From the NCBI RefSeq assembly GCF_054482525.1, contig NZ_CM137006.1: a stretch of 64,000 nucleotides of DNA, one strand, 5' to 3'. The notes beneath the pieces were generated by a model. The model was not told where the DNA came from and searched no databases. It was given only the letters and a program-made list of their open reading frames with translations. Positions 10,457-24,294 of this stretch are shown here, in pieces. Position 1 is the first letter of the stretch. Every line of letters starts with the position of its first letter. A program made the translations under genes and the position numbers.

Positions 10457-11545
10457 ATGCCTCACAATCCTATCCGCGTGGTCGTCGGCCCGGCTAACTA
10501 CTTTTCACATCCAGGAAGTTTCAATCACCTGCACGATTTTTTCACTGATGAACAACTTTCTCGCGCGGTGTGGATCTACGGCGAACGCGCCATTGCTGCG
10601 GCGCAAACAAAACTTCCGCCAGCGTTTGAACTGCCAGGGGCAAAGCATATTTTGTTTCGCGGCCATTGCAGCGAAAGCGATGTACAACAACTGGCGGCTG
10701 AGTCCGGTGACGATCGCAGCGTGGTGATTGGCGTCGGCGGCGGCGCACTGCTCGACACCGCGAAAGCCCTCGCCCGCCGTCTCGGTCTGCCGTTTGTTGC
10801 CGTTCCGACGATCGCCGCCACCTGCGCCGCCTGGACACCGCTCTCCGTCTGGTATAACGATGCCGGACAGGCGCTGCATTATGAGATTTTCGACGACGCC
10901 AATTTTATGGTGCTGGTGGAACCGGAGATTATCCTCAATGCGCCGCAAGAATATCTGCTGGCGGGGATCGGTGACACGCTGGCGAAATGGTATGAAGCGG
11001 TGGTGCTGGCTCCGCAACCAGAAACGTTGCCGCTAACCGTGCGGCTAGGGATCAATAATGCGCAGGCTATTCGCGACGTCTTGTTAAACAGTAGCGAACA
11101 GGCGCTGAGCGATCAGCAAAATCACCAGTTAACGCAATCATTTTGCGATGTGGTGGATGCGATTATCGCCGGAGGTGGAATGGTCGGTGGTCTGGGCGAT
11201 CGTTTTACGCGTGTGGCGGCGGCCCATGCCGTGCATAACGGTCTAACCGTGCTGCCGCAAACCGAGAAGTTTCTTCACGGCACCAAAGTCGCCTACGGAA
11301 TTCTGGTGCAAAGCGCCTTGCTGGGTCAGGATGATGTGCTGGCGCAATTAACTGGAGCGTATCAGCGTTTTCATCTGCCGACTACGCTGGCGGAGCTGGA
11401 AGTGGATATCAATAATCAGGCGGAGATCGACAAAGTGATTGCCCACACCTTGCGTCCGGTGGAATCCATTCATTACCTGCCGGTCACGCTGACACCGGAT
11501 ACGTTGCGTGCAGCGTTCGAAAAAGTGGAATCGTTTAAAGCCTGA
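10457..11545 (+). CDS. ybdH: Iron-containing alcohol dehydrogenase family protein (hydroxycarboxylate dehydrogenase YbdH/HcxA)
   Basis: 362-aa ORF with GVGGGALLDTAKA glycerol-dehydrogenase-like motif. Confidence 0.9.
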   Translation: MPHNPIRVVVGPANYFSHPGSFNHLHDFFTDEQLSRAVWIYGERAIAAAQTKLPPAFELPGAKHILFRGHCSESDVQQLAAESGDDRSVVIGVGGGALLDTAKALARRLGLPFVAVPTIAATCAAWTPLSVWYNDAGQALHYEIFDDANFMVLVEPEIILNAPQEYLLAGIGDTLAKWYEAVVLAPQPETLPLTVRLGINNAQAIRDVLLNSSEQALSDQQNHQLTQSFCDVVDAIIAGGGMVGGLGDRFTRVAAAHAVHNGLTVLPQTEKFLHGTKVAYGILVQSALLGQDDVLAQLTGAYQRFHLPTTLAELEVDINNQAEIDKVIAHTLRPVESIHYLPVTLTPDTLRAAFEKVESFKA

Positions 11546-11554
11546 CGTACATAT

Positions 11555-11752
11555 TTAGCAGCAGCGCGCGCCGCCTTTTCCACCGTAGCGCGCGTCCTGC
11601 CGCTCACGGAAAAACTCCTCGTAGGTCATCGGCGTTTGATCGGGATGGTTAACCCGCATATGTTCGACATAGTTGTCGTAATCAGGCATACCAATCATCA
11701 GTTTCGCCGCCTGACCTAAATATTTTCCGGCTTTTGCCAGTGAATCAAACAT
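11555..11752 (-). CDS. ybdD: Small DUF466-family protein YbdD (partner of CstA)
   Basis: 65-aa ORF immediately downstream of cstA on the same strand. Confidence 0.85.
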   Translation of the reverse strand: MFDSLAKAGKYLGQAAKLMIGMPDYDNYVEHMRVNHPDQTPMTYEEFFRERQDARYGGKGGARCC

Positions 11753-11864
11753 CTAAACCTCCGGTAATACAAATGCCCTCCTGAATTAAGAGGGCTTAAT
11801 TGCTATCAACACGCTCGGGCTGAGAGTAAGGGGAACGCTCAGCACATCCCCCCTCACTCTGACT

Positions 11865-13970
11865 TTAGTGCGCGCCTTTCGCCTGCGCCACGATCTCTTC
11901 GACATTTTCCGGCATCGGCTCATATGGCGTTTCTTTCGCCGTTGGCTTCGGCTCTTTCAATGCCGCCAGTGCCGTCTTAATCGAGAACAGCGCCAGAACC
12001 ACCACGACCACCATAAAGAAGATGGTTAACCCGGCATCAAGACGGTTGTTGAATACCAGTTGCGCCAGCTGTGACTCAGTATACTGCGACGGAATATTGC
12101 CGCTGTCGATCATTGCCTGGAACTTATTAGCAATCGCCAGGAAGCCGACTTTCGCATCCGGGCTAAACGCTTTCTGCCAGCCTGCGGTCAGGGTACAAAT
12201 CAGCAGCCAGGCCGTTGGTACCAGCGCCACCCAGGCGTAACGTTGACGTTTCATTTTGAACAGCACCACAGCACAGAGCATCAGCGCCATCCCTGCCAGC
12301 ATCTGGTTGGCAATACCAAACAGCGGCCACAAGGTGTTAATACCGCCCAGCGGATCGACCACACCCTGATGGAGGAAGTAGCCCCACGCCAGTACGCACA
12401 GCGCCGTTGCCAGCAGGTTAGCAGGCAGTGAATCGGTCCGTTTCAGGCCCGGAGACACCACGCCCAGCAGATCCTGCAACATAAAGCGCGCGGCACGCGT
12501 ACCTGCATCCACCGCCGTCAGAATAAACAGTGCTTCAAACAGAATGGCGAAGTGATACCAGAACGCCACATCCATCATGCCGCCCAGCGCACCGTGCAGA
12601 ATGTAGGCCATCCCCACCGCCAGGGTCGGCGCACCGCCCGCACGGGAAATGATCGACTGTTCACCCACTTCGCTGGCAATCTGGTTTAGCGTATCTGGTG
12701 TAATGCTAAATCCCCAGCTACTCACCACCTGCGCGGCAGAAGCGACTACATCCGCCGTCCCTGCAGGAGCCAGCACCGCCATCGGGCTGTTCATGGCGAA
12801 GTACACACCTGGATCGATGATACAGGCGGAAACCAGCGCCATAATCGCCACGAAGGATTCCATCAACATCCCACCGTAGCCGATAAAGCACGCCTGCCCT
12901 TCGTTCGCCAGCATCTTCGGCGTGGTGCCGGAAGAGATCAGCGCATGGAAGCCAGACACCGCGCCACAGGCGATGGTGATAAACAGGAACGGGAACAGGT
13001 TACCGGTCCATACCGGGCCAGTGCCATCGACAAATTTAGTTAGCGCAGGCATGGTCAGCGTCGGGCGCATAATCAAAATGCCCACCGCCAGACCGACGAT
13101 AGTCCCGATTTTCAGGAAGGTAGAGAGGTAGTCACGCGGAGCCAGCAGCAACCACACCGGCAGCACCGCCGCCACAAAACCGTAACCCACCAGCATCCAG
13201 GTCAGCTGCACGCCGGTAAAGTCAAAGTACGGTGCCCAGGTCGGACTTTCTGCCACCCAGCCGCCAGAGATAATGGCGAAAATCAGGAACACCAGGCCGA
13301 TGACCGACACTTCGCCAATACGCCCCGGACGCAGATAGCGCAGATAGATCCCCATAAACAGCGCCAGCGGAATGGTGAACGCAACGGTATACGTTCCCCA
13401 CGGGCTATGAGTCAGGGCTTTCACCACGATCATCGCCAGTACTGCAAGGATAATGACCATGATCATAAAGCAGGCCACCAGCGCTATCACCCCGGCGGTT
13501 GGCCCCATCTCTTCTTTGACCAGCTCACCCAGCGAGCGACCGTCACGGCGCGTAGAAACAAACAGCACCATGAAATCCTGCACCGCACCGGCGAGAACCA
13601 CCCCGGCGAGCAGCCAGATCATCCCCGGCAGGTAGCCCATTTGCGCTGCCAGCACCGGCCCAACCAGCGGACCTGCTCCGGCAATGGCCGCAAAATGGTG
13701 ACCGAACAGCACTTTCTTGTCCGTCGGCACATAGTCCAGCCCGTCGTTATGGCGCACCGCTGGCGTCATACGCGTCGGGTCAACCGCCAGCACATTTTTG
13801 GCGATATACAGGCCATAAAAACGGTAGGCGATCAGATAGATACAGACCGACGCCACCACAATCCACAGCGCGTTGATCTGTTCCCCACGATTTAAAGCAA
13901 TGTATCCCAGAGCAAATGCTCCCATTACAGAGAGCACTGTCCAGACGAGGTATTTCCCTGATTTGTTCAT
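11865..13970 (-). CDS. cstA: Carbon starvation protein A (peptide/pyruvate transporter)
   Basis: 701-aa polytopic membrane ORF MNKSGKYLVWTVLSVMGAFALGYIALNRGEQINALWIV... Confidence 0.95.
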   Translation of the reverse strand: MNKSGKYLVWTVLSVMGAFALGYIALNRGEQINALWIVVASVCIYLIAYRFYGLYIAKNVLAVDPTRMTPAVRHNDGLDYVPTDKKVLFGHHFAAIAGAGPLVGPVLAAQMGYLPGMIWLLAGVVLAGAVQDFMVLFVSTRRDGRSLGELVKEEMGPTAGVIALVACFMIMVIILAVLAMIVVKALTHSPWGTYTVAFTIPLALFMGIYLRYLRPGRIGEVSVIGLVFLIFAIISGGWVAESPTWAPYFDFTGVQLTWMLVGYGFVAAVLPVWLLLAPRDYLSTFLKIGTIVGLAVGILIMRPTLTMPALTKFVDGTGPVWTGNLFPFLFITIACGAVSGFHALISSGTTPKMLANEGQACFIGYGGMLMESFVAIMALVSACIIDPGVYFAMNSPMAVLAPAGTADVVASAAQVVSSWGFSITPDTLNQIASEVGEQSIISRAGGAPTLAVGMAYILHGALGGMMDVAFWYHFAILFEALFILTAVDAGTRAARFMLQDLLGVVSPGLKRTDSLPANLLATALCVLAWGYFLHQGVVDPLGGINTLWPLFGIANQMLAGMALMLCAVVLFKMKRQRYAWVALVPTAWLLICTLTAGWQKAFSPDAKVGFLAIANKFQAMIDSGNIPSQYTESQLAQLVFNNRLDAGLTIFFMVVVVVLALFSIKTALAALKEPKPTAKETPYEPMPENVEEIVAQAKGAH

Positions 13971-14150
13971 AGTTGTTATCCGTGTGCGTGTCCATAGAGA
14001 TGTTACATTTTGTTTCTATAACATCTTTGTACAATTTAACAACACAGCAACCATGTAAATCGGAGTTGAAACCAATATTTAACTTAACAATGTTAACTCG
14101 ATCACTCCGTTAACCGAGTTTTCCTGCAATCTCATTTAATTCTGTCGGGC

Positions 14151-15312
<1,162 letters not shown>

Positions 15313-15313
<1 letters not shown>

Positions 15314-16170
15314 TATTTCACCTCGCGGGAAAGTAGCTTCCACCAGGCGTCGATGGTCGGGTTTTTCGCCAGCATGACAAAGTCGATATCGCCATGCACT
15401 TTGCGCCAGCGCGCCGCCAGCGCCATCATCCGCACCGAATCCAGACCGTAGTCGATCAGGTTGTCGTCATCGAACGGTTCATCGGACTCGTCCAGCAACG
15501 GCAGGATCACCTCACGCAGCGCCGCTTTGCTGGCGGGGATAGGTGCTGGCAGTAATTCTTCGGTCATCACCACCCGGCCAGAACGTCCGGCCACATATTT
15601 CAGCGACATCAAATGCTCGTCACGGCTGAAATCGGCCAGCGCATCCGCCACCATAAACGGTTTAATATCGCGCATAAATGCGTCGGTTGCGGTGGTCATA
15701 CAGCCAATGTGGGCATATACCCCGGTAATAATCAGCTGGTTACGTCCACTCTCTTTGAGCATTTGCTCCAGCGGAGAACGATGAAACGCGCTGTAGCGCC
15801 ACTTCACCAGCACCGTGTCGTCGGCATCTGGCGTCAGGCGATCCACCACCTTTTGCTGTTCCGGCGAGCGGGTCAGGCCCGGCCCCCACATATCATTCAA
15901 CAGCGCCCGATCTTCATCGCTCTGCTCTTTCGGCTGGGCGGTGTAATAAACCGGGATATTGTGCTGTTTGCAGTAGTCGCGCAGCGCAGCAATATTCGCG
16001 ATCACCTGCTCCATCATCGGGCAGTTCTCGCCCCAGAAGCTGACAAAATAGTCCTGCATATCATGGATTAACAACGCGGCACGTTGCGGTTCAAAGGCCC
16101 AGTCGACTTTATTCTTAGGAATATCGTGAGACTCCGGCAGTGCGTAAGCCTGTAATTTTGGAATAGCCAT
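15313..16170 (-). CDS. entB: Isochorismatase / aryl carrier protein EntB
   Basis: 285-aa ORF MAIPKLQAYALPESHDIPKNKVDWAFEP..., C-terminal carrier domain with LGLDSVRMM. Confidence 0.95.
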
Positions 16171-16183
16171 CGTGTTCTCTCCT

Positions 16184-17794
16184 TCAGGCTGATGTGCGTG
16201 ACGCCAGCCACTGACGTAATTGTTTTTTATCGACTTTCCCGACCGCCGTCAGCGGAAGTGAATCCACACACTCCACGCGATCCGGTAATTTAAATTCGGC
16301 AATACCCTGTTCACGCAGGAAACGACGCACCTGCACCGCGCGCAGCGGCTCTTTTACCACCAGATAAGCACAGCTTTTTTCGCCCATCAGCTCATCTTCC
16401 ATGCTCACCAGTGCGGCATAGATCACCGCCGGATGGCGCAGCAGCAGGTTTTCGATCTCTTCGGCAGCGATCTTCTCGCCGCCACGGTTGATCTGATCTT
16501 TCTCGCGCCCCTGCACGGTGATGTAACCCTCTGGATCAATAGAGATCAGATCGCCGGAACAGTAAAAACCGTTGTCATCAAAGGCACTGGCATTGTGCTG
16601 CGGACTTTTGTAATAGCCACGGAAGGTGTACGGCCCGCGCGTCATCAGGCGTCCGACTTCCCCTTGCGGCAGTGGATTTCCTTCGGCATCGGCAACCCAC
16701 ACTTCATCGTCCGGGCACATTGGGTAACCCTGGGTATGGATAATTTTCTCCGCGCTATCATCAAGACGGGTGTAGTTCACCAGCCCTTCCGCCATGCCAA
16801 ACACCTGCTGCAACTGGCAGCCAATCTCAGCGGGAATACGCGCCGCAAGCGTGGCAGAAAGACGTGCGCCGCCGACCTGTAACAGTTTCAGCGAGGCAAG
16901 CTGCGCCCGGCTTTCGCCTTCGGTCAGCGCCTGCAACCACAGGCTGACTGCCGGCGGCACCAGCGCGGTAACGTTAATCTGATGTTTTTCAATCAATGGG
17001 AAGCAAAGCGTGGCGCTGGGGTCGGCCGCCAGAACAACCGTTCCTCCGGCAAGAAAGACGCCCAGCGATCCTGGCGAACTCATGGCGTAGTTATGAGCCG
17101 CCGGGATCGCGCACAGGTAGCGTGTCTGTTGTGTGAACTGACAAATCTCGACGCTACGACGCACGCTGTAGTAGTAGTCGTTATGAGTGCGCGGGATCAG
17201 TTTCGGTGTGCCGGTGGTGCCGCCGGAAAGCTGGAAATAGGCCACTTCATCAGCAGGTGACGGCGTGGCAGTAAAATCCTCAGCCGGATGGTTAATCGCA
17301 TCCTGCAAATTATGCTCACCGCTGTCGTTGTGCAGTTGCACCACGCGAATGGAGGAATGCTCTGCAACAAATGTATTGAGGAAATCATCCCCGCTAAACA
17401 GCGCATGCTGGCGATCGGCAATCAGTAACGCCGGTTCAATCTGGCTGGCATAGGCGTTCAGTTCACTACGCTGATGGCTGAACAGCGCCAGCACCGGCGC
17501 AACGCCCAGCTTCAGCAGCGCGAAAAAGGTAATATACAATTCAGCGACGTTACCCAGCTGTACCAGCGCGGTTTCACCAGGTTTAATGCCCTGGCGGCGC
17601 AAACTACAGGCGAGGTTATCCGCCGCCCGATTCAGCTCCCGGTAACTCAACTGCCGCTCGCCGTCGATGACCGCGATGCTGTCGCTTGCGGCATGACGGG
17701 TCAGAATGTCGGTCAGCGGCAAATCCTGCCAGTAGCCTTTTTCCCGATAGCGACGGGCAAACTCTTCCGGCCAGCGGGTGAATGGAATGCTCAT
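16184..17794 (-). CDS. entE: 2,3-dihydroxybenzoate-AMP ligase EntE
   Basis: ORF 16184-17800; start at [22 protein letters not shown] gives 536 aa; adenylation motifs. Confidence 0.95.
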   Translation of the reverse strand: MSIPFTRWPEEFARRYREKGYWQDLPLTDILTRHAASDSIAVIDGERQLSYRELNRAADNLACSLRRQGIKPGETALVQLGNVAELYITFFALLKLGVAPVLALFSHQRSELNAYASQIEPALLIADRQHALFSGDDFLNTFVAEHSSIRVVQLHNDSGEHNLQDAINHPAEDFTATPSPADEVAYFQLSGGTTGTPKLIPRTHNDYYYSVRRSVEICQFTQQTRYLCAIPAAHNYAMSSPGSLGVFLAGGTVVLAADPSATLCFPLIEKHQINVTALVPPAVSLWLQALTEGESRAQLASLKLLQVGGARLSATLAARIPAEIGCQLQQVFGMAEGLVNYTRLDDSAEKIIHTQGYPMCPDDEVWVADAEGNPLPQGEVGRLMTRGPYTFRGYYKSPQHNASAFDDNGFYCSGDLISIDPEGYITVQGREKDQINRGGEKIAAEEIENLLLRHPAVIYAALVSMEDELMGEKSCAYLVVKEPLRAVQVRRFLREQGIAEFKLPDRVECVDSLPLTAVGKVDKKQLRQWLASRTSA

Positions 17795-17803
17795 CCTCAC
17801 TCC

Positions 17804-18979
<1,176 letters not shown>

Positions 18980-19006
18980 ATCATCCTCCACAAAATGATA
19001 AAGGCT

Positions 19007-19030
19007 TTAATAATGATTATCATTTATATT
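19007..19030. promoter_or_regulatory. Candidate Fur box in entC/fepB divergent promoter region
   Basis: ataatgattatcatttat resembles the Fur consensus GATAATGATAATCATTATC. Confidence 0.5.
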
Positions 19031-19167
19031 TTCGGTCGCTAACCTAAAAGCAAACGCGCACTATGTCAACTCTTGAGGTAACGCAATCTGCAACTCGGGG
19101 TTGCATCTGGTTGTGGTTACAATGAAAATGAGAAGCATTAACTTCATTAATAACAGGAAGCTGACTT

Positions 19168-20124
19168 GTGAGACTCGCCCCGCTCTACCGCAACGCCCTT
19201 CTATTAACAGGACTTTTGCTTTCAGGAATAGTCGCAGTTCAGGCCGCCGACTGGCCGCGTCAGATTACTGACAGCCGGGGCACTCATACCCTGGAAAGCC
19301 AGCCGCAGCGTATTGTTTCCACCAGCGTCACCCTGACCGGCTCACTGCTGGCGATTGATGCTCCGGTGATTGCCAGCGGCGCGACCACGCCGAATAACCG
19401 CGTCGCGGATGACCAGGGCTTTTTACGCCAGTGGAGCAAGGTGGCGAAAGAACGCAAACTGCAACGGCTCTATATCGGCGAACCGAGCGCCGAAGCCGTT
19501 GCCGCGCAAATGCCGGATCTGATTTTAATTAGCGCAACTGGCGGGGATTCGGCGCTGGCGCTGTACGATCAGCTTTCTACCATCGCCCCAACATTAATCA
19601 TCAATTACGACGACAAAAGCTGGCAGGCGCTGTTAACGCAACTTGGCGAAATTACCGGGCATGAGAAACAAGCGGCAGAGCGGATTGCACAGTTTGATAA
19701 GCAACTGGCGGCGGCGAAAGAGCAAATCAAATTACCGCCGCAGCCGGTCACTGCCATTGTCTATACCGCCGCTGCACACAGTGCCAATCTCTGGACGCCG
19801 GAATCAGCACAAGGGCAGATGCTGGAACAACTCGGCTTTACGTTGGCGAAATTGCCCGCAGGGTTAAACGCCAGCCAAAGCCAGGGCAAACGTCATGATA
19901 TCGTTCAGCTTGGTGGGGAAAATCTGGCTGCAGGGTTAAATGGCGAGTCACTATTCCTGTTCGCCGGTGATCAGAAAGATGCCGATGCTATTTATGCTAA
20001 TCCGCTGCTCGCGCACCTGCCTGCAGTACAAAACAAGCAGGTTTATGCGCTGGGAACCGAGACGTTCCGACTGGATTACTACAGCGCCATGCAAGTGCTG
20101 GAACGACTTAAGGCGCTGTTTTAA
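19168..20124 (+). CDS. fepB: Periplasmic ferric-enterobactin binding protein FepB
   Basis: 318-aa ORF (GTG start) with signal peptide; gene context. Confidence 0.95.
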   Translation: MRLAPLYRNALLLTGLLLSGIVAVQAADWPRQITDSRGTHTLESQPQRIVSTSVTLTGSLLAIDAPVIASGATTPNNRVADDQGFLRQWSKVAKERKLQRLYIGEPSAEAVAAQMPDLILISATGGDSALALYDQLSTIAPTLIINYDDKSWQALLTQLGEITGHEKQAAERIAQFDKQLAAAKEQIKLPPQPVTAIVYTAAAHSANLWTPESAQGQMLEQLGFTLAKLPAGLNASQSQGKRHDIVQLGGENLAAGLNGESLFLFAGDQKDADAIYANPLLAHLPAVQNKQVYALGTETFRLDYYSAMQVLERLKALF

Positions 20125-20127
20125 GCA

Positions 20128-21378
20128 TTAACTGTCGGACGCTGTCACCTGCGGCGGCGTCTGGCGAAAACGTCGCAACTCCACCAGCACCAGCAATAAC
20201 AACACACCGATAATCAACAAACCAAAACCGCTCGCGCTTGCGGAAGCAACCGGTGTCATCATCGCTCCCAGACCGCCTAACAGCGCCGCACCTATGGCAT
20301 CGCCCGTCACGTTTTGCGCCGTCCACAAACCGTTAATCCGCCCTAACATCGCTTCCGGGGTTTGCGTTTGCAGCATTGTGTATTGCAGCAACGAGCTGAC
20401 CGCGCTCAGCCAGCCGAATAGCGCCAGACAAATCACGCCTAAAATCCACATCGGCATCAGGCCAAACAGCCCAATGGCGAGGAACGATCCCAGCGTGGAG
20501 AGCAGCATCAATAACCCTGGTCGCGCGCTATGTGCCAGCTTCCCGCTGGTTAACGCGCCAATAGCCGCGCCGAGCGGGATCGCCGCATAGAGAAAACCAA
20601 TCTGTGCCGCCGACATCTGCCAGTTGTCAGCCAGCGCCGGATACAGTACCCGCACCGCGCTCGCCATCGTCAATAAACCACCCAGCAGCGCAATCCCTCC
20701 CACCAGCGGGCTGGCGAGCAGAAAACGAAATCCTGCCAGTAATGATTTCAACGGATGCTCACGCGGCTGAGGTGGCGGTGGCAACGCCGGAAGGCTTAAT
20801 AACGGCAGCAAGGTAATAAACGTGCCCGCCGCCGCCAGCCCGTAGTTCCAGGCTACGCCGCCGGTCGCCAGCAATAAACCGCCAATCATGGGCGAAATCA
20901 CCGACCCCAGGCGCACGGTCAACATGGTGATCGCCCCGGCCTGCATTAAGTTTTCACGCCCTACCAGTGCAGGTGTCGCCGCCAGTAGCGCCGTAACGCC
21001 AAGTGATGCGAAAAAACCATCCCATAAACCAAGTAAATAGATTGCCAACAATGACGGCTCCGGCAGCAGTGCATTAAGGCACAGTCCAATGAAGCCAATG
21101 CCACAGGTGCCGCGCGCCAGCAAAATCACTTTTTTGCGTTCATAGCGATCCGCCAGCACACCGCCGACCATCAGGCCAACAAACATCGCGCCGCCGGTCA
21201 GCGTCACCGAAAGCCCCACCTGCCAGGTAGAATGCGTCATCATCTGGATCTGCACCGGCACCGCGACGCCGAGCAAACCCAGAGACACAATTGAGATAAA
21301 ACGAGCGAGGAATACTGCGCGAAACGCCGGGTGCGTTTTCAACAGGCTGAGGTTAAGCAGCCAGGATTGTTTATTCAT
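20128..21378 (-). CDS. entS: Enterobactin exporter EntS (MFS)
   Basis: 416-aa polytopic membrane [33 protein letters not shown]... Confidence 0.95.
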   Translation of the reverse strand: MNKQSWLLNLSLLKTHPAFRAVFLARFISIVSLGLLGVAVPVQIQMMTHSTWQVGLSVTLTGGAMFVGLMVGGVLADRYERKKVILLARGTCGIGFIGLCLNALLPEPSLLAIYLLGLWDGFFASLGVTALLAATPALVGRENLMQAGAITMLTVRLGSVISPMIGGLLLATGGVAWNYGLAAAGTFITLLPLLSLPALPPPPQPREHPLKSLLAGFRFLLASPLVGGIALLGGLLTMASAVRVLYPALADNWQMSAAQIGFLYAAIPLGAAIGALTSGKLAHSARPGLLMLLSTLGSFLAIGLFGLMPMWILGVICLALFGWLSAVSSLLQYTMLQTQTPEAMLGRINGLWTAQNVTGDAIGAALLGGLGAMMTPVASASASGFGLLIIGVLLLLVLVELRRFRQTPPQVTASDS

Positions 21379-21451
21379 TACAATGCCTTGCCATCAAATA
21401 TTTTAAATACCTATTCTTAGGCTGCACATGCTAACATATCCAAATAAGATC

Positions 21452-21476
21452 GATAACGATAATTAATTTCATTATC
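21452..21476. promoter_or_regulatory. Candidate Fur box in entS/fepD divergent promoter region
   Basis: gataacgataattaatttcattatc is Fur-box-like, immediately upstream of fepD. Confidence 0.5.
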
Positions 21477-21488
21477 ATGGAAGTTCGT

Positions 21489-22493
21489 ATGTCTGGTTCT
21501 GTTGCCGGGACACGCGCCATTGCCGTGCCCGGATTGCTGTTCTTACTGATTATCGCGACGGCATTAAGCCTGCTCATTGGGGCAAAATCACTCCCCGCTT
21601 CCGTAGTGCTGGAGGCCATCTCCGGCACCTGCCAGAGCGCCGACTGCACCATCGTGCTCGACGCGCGACTGCCGCGCACCCTTGCCGGTTTACTGGCCGG
21701 CGGTGCGCTTGGGCTTGCAGGGGCGCTGATGCAAACCCTCACCCGAAACCCACTTGCCGACCCCGGCTTGCTTGGTGTGAACGCCGGAGCCAGCTTTGCC
21801 ATTGTGCTGGGCGCGGCGCTGTTTGGTTACTCATCCGCGCAGGAACAACTGGCGATGGCCTTCGCCGGGGCGCTGGTGGCCTCGTTGATTGTTGCCTTTA
21901 CCGGCAGCCAGGGCGGCGGGCAGTTAAGTCCGGTGCGTTTAACCCTGGCGGGCGTGGCGCTGGCGGCGGTGCTGGAAGGGCTGACCAGTGGTATCGCCCT
22001 GCTTAATCCCGACGTCTACGATCAACTGCGTTTCTGGCAAGCCGGTTCGCTGGATATTCGCAATTTACACACCTTAAAAGTGGTGCTGATCCCGGTGCTT
22101 ACCGCCGGAGCAACTGCGCTATTACTGAGCCGCTCGCTGAACAGTTTAAGCCTTGGCAGTGACACCGCGACGGCGCTGGGCAGTCGCGTAGCACGCACAC
22201 AGTTGATTGGCCTACTGGCGATTACCGTGCTTTGTGGTAGTGCGACGGCGGTAGTTGGCCCGATTGCTTTTATTGGCCTGATGATGCCGCACATGGCGCG
22301 CTGGCTGGTAGGTGCCGATCATCGCTGGTCGCTGCCCGTCACGCTACTCGCTACCCCTGCCCTGCTGCTGTTTGCCGATATCATCGGGCGGGTAATTGTG
22401 CCCGGCGAACTGCGCGTTTCTGTAGTCAGTGCCTTTATTGGCGCACCGGTGCTGATCTTCCTCGTGCGACGTAAAACGCGAGGTGGCGCATGA
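21489..22493 (+). CDS. fepD: Ferric-enterobactin ABC transporter permease FepD
   Basis: ORF 21477-22493; start at MSGSVAGTRAIAVPGLL gives 334 aa; FecCD family. Confidence 0.9.
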   Translation: MSGSVAGTRAIAVPGLLFLLIIATALSLLIGAKSLPASVVLEAISGTCQSADCTIVLDARLPRTLAGLLAGGALGLAGALMQTLTRNPLADPGLLGVNAGASFAIVLGAALFGYSSAQEQLAMAFAGALVASLIVAFTGSQGGGQLSPVRLTLAGVALAAVLEGLTSGIALLNPDVYDQLRFWQAGSLDIRNLHTLKVVLIPVLTAGATALLLSRSLNSLSLGSDTATALGSRVARTQLIGLLAITVLCGSATAVVGPIAFIGLMMPHMARWLVGADHRWSLPVTLLATPALLLFADIIGRVIVPGELRVSVVSAFIGAPVLIFLVRRKTRGGA

Positions 22494-23482
22494 TTTACGT
22501 CTCTCGCCGATTAATCATCACCTGTTTGCTGCTAATTACCGCCTGTGTGGTTGCAGGTATCTGGGGATTACGCAGCGGTACCGTCACGCTGGAAACTTCG
22601 CAGGTATTCGCCGCGTTGATGGGCGACACGCCGCGCAGTATGACGATGGTGGTCACCGAATGGCGTTTACCACGCGTGCTGATGGCGCTGTTGATTGGCG
22701 CGGCGCTGGGCGTCAGCGGCGCGATTTTTCAGTCGCTGATGCGTAACCCGCTCGGCAGCCCTGACGTAATGGGCTTTAACACCGGGGCGTGGAGCGGCGT
22801 GCTGGTGGCGATGGTGCTGTTTGGTCAGGACCTGACGGCTATTGCCCTGGCAGCAATGGCGGGGGGCATTATCACTTCGCTGTTGGTCTGGCTGCTTGCC
22901 TGGCGTAACGGCATCGACACCTTTCGGTTGATTATTATCGGCATCGGCGTTCGCGCCATGCTGGTGGCCTTTAATACCTGGCTGTTGCTGAAAGCGTCTT
23001 TAGAAACGGCGCTAACAGCGGGTTTGTGGAATGCCGGATCGCTCAACGGCCTGACGTGGGCAAAAACCTCGCCTTCCGCACCCATCATTATATTGATGCT
23101 CATTGCCGCCGCCTTACTGGTACGCCGGATGCGCTTGCTGGAAATGGGCGATGATACCGCGTGTGCGCTGGGCGTCAGCGTCGAACGTTCGCGTCTGTTA
23201 ATGATGCTGGTTGCAGTGGTGCTTACCGCTGCGGCAACAGCGCTTGCCGGGCCGATTTCCTTTATTGCTTTAGTCGCGCCGCACATTGCCCGACGCATTA
23301 GCGGCACCGCTCGCTGGGGGCTGACCCAGGCGGCGCTGTGCGGGGCGTTGTTACTGCTGGCGGCCGATCTCTGCGCCCAACAACTGTTTATGCCGTATCA
23401 ACTTCCGGTTGGCGTCGTTACCGTCAGCCTCGGCGGTATTTACCTTATCGTCTTGTTAATTCAGGAGTCTCGCAAAAAATGA
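22490..23482 (+). CDS. fepG: Ferric-enterobactin ABC transporter permease FepG
   Basis: 330-aa ORF overlapping fepD stop; FecCD family. Confidence 0.95.
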   Translation: MIYVSRRLIITCLLLITACVVAGIWGLRSGTVTLETSQVFAALMGDTPRSMTMVVTEWRLPRVLMALLIGAALGVSGAIFQSLMRNPLGSPDVMGFNTGAWSGVLVAMVLFGQDLTAIALAAMAGGIITSLLVWLLAWRNGIDTFRLIIIGIGVRAMLVAFNTWLLLKASLETALTAGLWNAGSLNGLTWAKTSPSAPIIILMLIAAALLVRRMRLLEMGDDTACALGVSVERSRLLMMLVAVVLTAAATALAGPISFIALVAPHIARRISGTARWGLTQAALCGALLLLAADLCAQQLFMPYQLPVGVVTVSLGGIYLIVLLIQESRKK

Positions 23483-24294
23483 CCGAATCAGTAGCCCGTT
23501 TGCGTGGCGAACAGTTAACCCTCGGATATGGCAAATATACCGTTGCGGAAAATCTGACTGTAGAAATACCTGATGGTCACTTCACGGCAATTATCGGGCC
23601 AAATGGCTGCGGTAAATCCACGTTACTGCGTACCTTAAGCCGCCTGATGACGCCTGCTCACGGGCATGTCTGGCTGGATGGTGAGCACATTCAACATTAC
23701 GCCAGTAAAGAGGTTGCACGCCGGATTGGCCTGTTGGCGCAAAACGCCACCACGCCGGGAGATATCACCGTGCAGGAGCTGGTGGCGCGTGGGCGTTACC
23801 CGCATCAACCGCTGTTTACCCGCTGGCGCAAAGAAGATGAAGAGGCCGTCACAAAAGCGATGCAGGCCACGGGAATCACCCATCTGGCGGATCAAAGCGT
23901 GGATACCCTTTCTGGCGGACAACGCCAGCGAGCGTGGATAGCAATGGTGCTGGCCCAGGAAACGGCAATTATGCTGCTCGATGAACCAACGACCTGGCTG
24001 GATATCAGTCATCAGATTGATTTGCTGGAACTGTTAAGCGAACTGAACCGCGAGAAAGGCTATACCCTGGCGGCGGTGCTGCACGATCTTAATCAGGCCT
24101 GTCGTTACGCCAGCCATTTGATTGCATTGCGGGAAGGGAAAATTGTTGCTCAGGGAGCGCCGAAGGAGATTGTCACTGCTGAATTGATCGAGCGCATTTA
24201 TGGTCTGCGCTGCATGATTATTGACGATCCGGTAGCCGGAACTCCGCTCGTGGTGCCGCTCGGACGAACGGCACCTTCAACTGCCAAGATTTAA
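23479..24294 (+). CDS. fepC: Ferric-enterobactin ABC transporter ATPase FepC
   Basis: Start at MTESVARLRGEQLTLGYG (overlaps fepG stop, ATGA); Walker A GPNGCGKST and signature LSGGQRQR. Confidence 0.95.
   Translation: MTESVARLRGEQLTLGYGKYTVAENLTVEIPDGHFTAIIGPNGCGKSTLLRTLSRLMTPAHGHVWLDGEHIQHYASKEVARRIGLLAQNATTPGDITVQELVARGRYPHQPLFTRWRKEDEEAVTKAMQATGITHLADQSVDTLSGGQRQRAWIAMVLAQETAIMLLDEPTTWLDISHQIDLLELLSELNREKGYTLAAVLHDLNQACRYASHLIALREGKIVAQGAPKEIVTAELIERIYGLRCMIIDDPVAGTPLVVPLGRTAPSTAKI

Noticed and set aside
10505-11036. Antisense and alternate-frame ORFs within ybdH (e.g. 10505-11017 minus, 10728-11036 plus)
   Set aside because: Embedded in the well-supported 362-aa dehydrogenase frame; Arg-rich low-complexity translations.
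23338-23478. N-terminal 47-codon extension of the fepC ORF overlapping fepG
   Set aside because: The extension is Arg-rich read-through of the fepG 3' end; the canonical start MTESVARL at 23479 overlaps the fepG stop (ATGA) as expected for a coupled operon.
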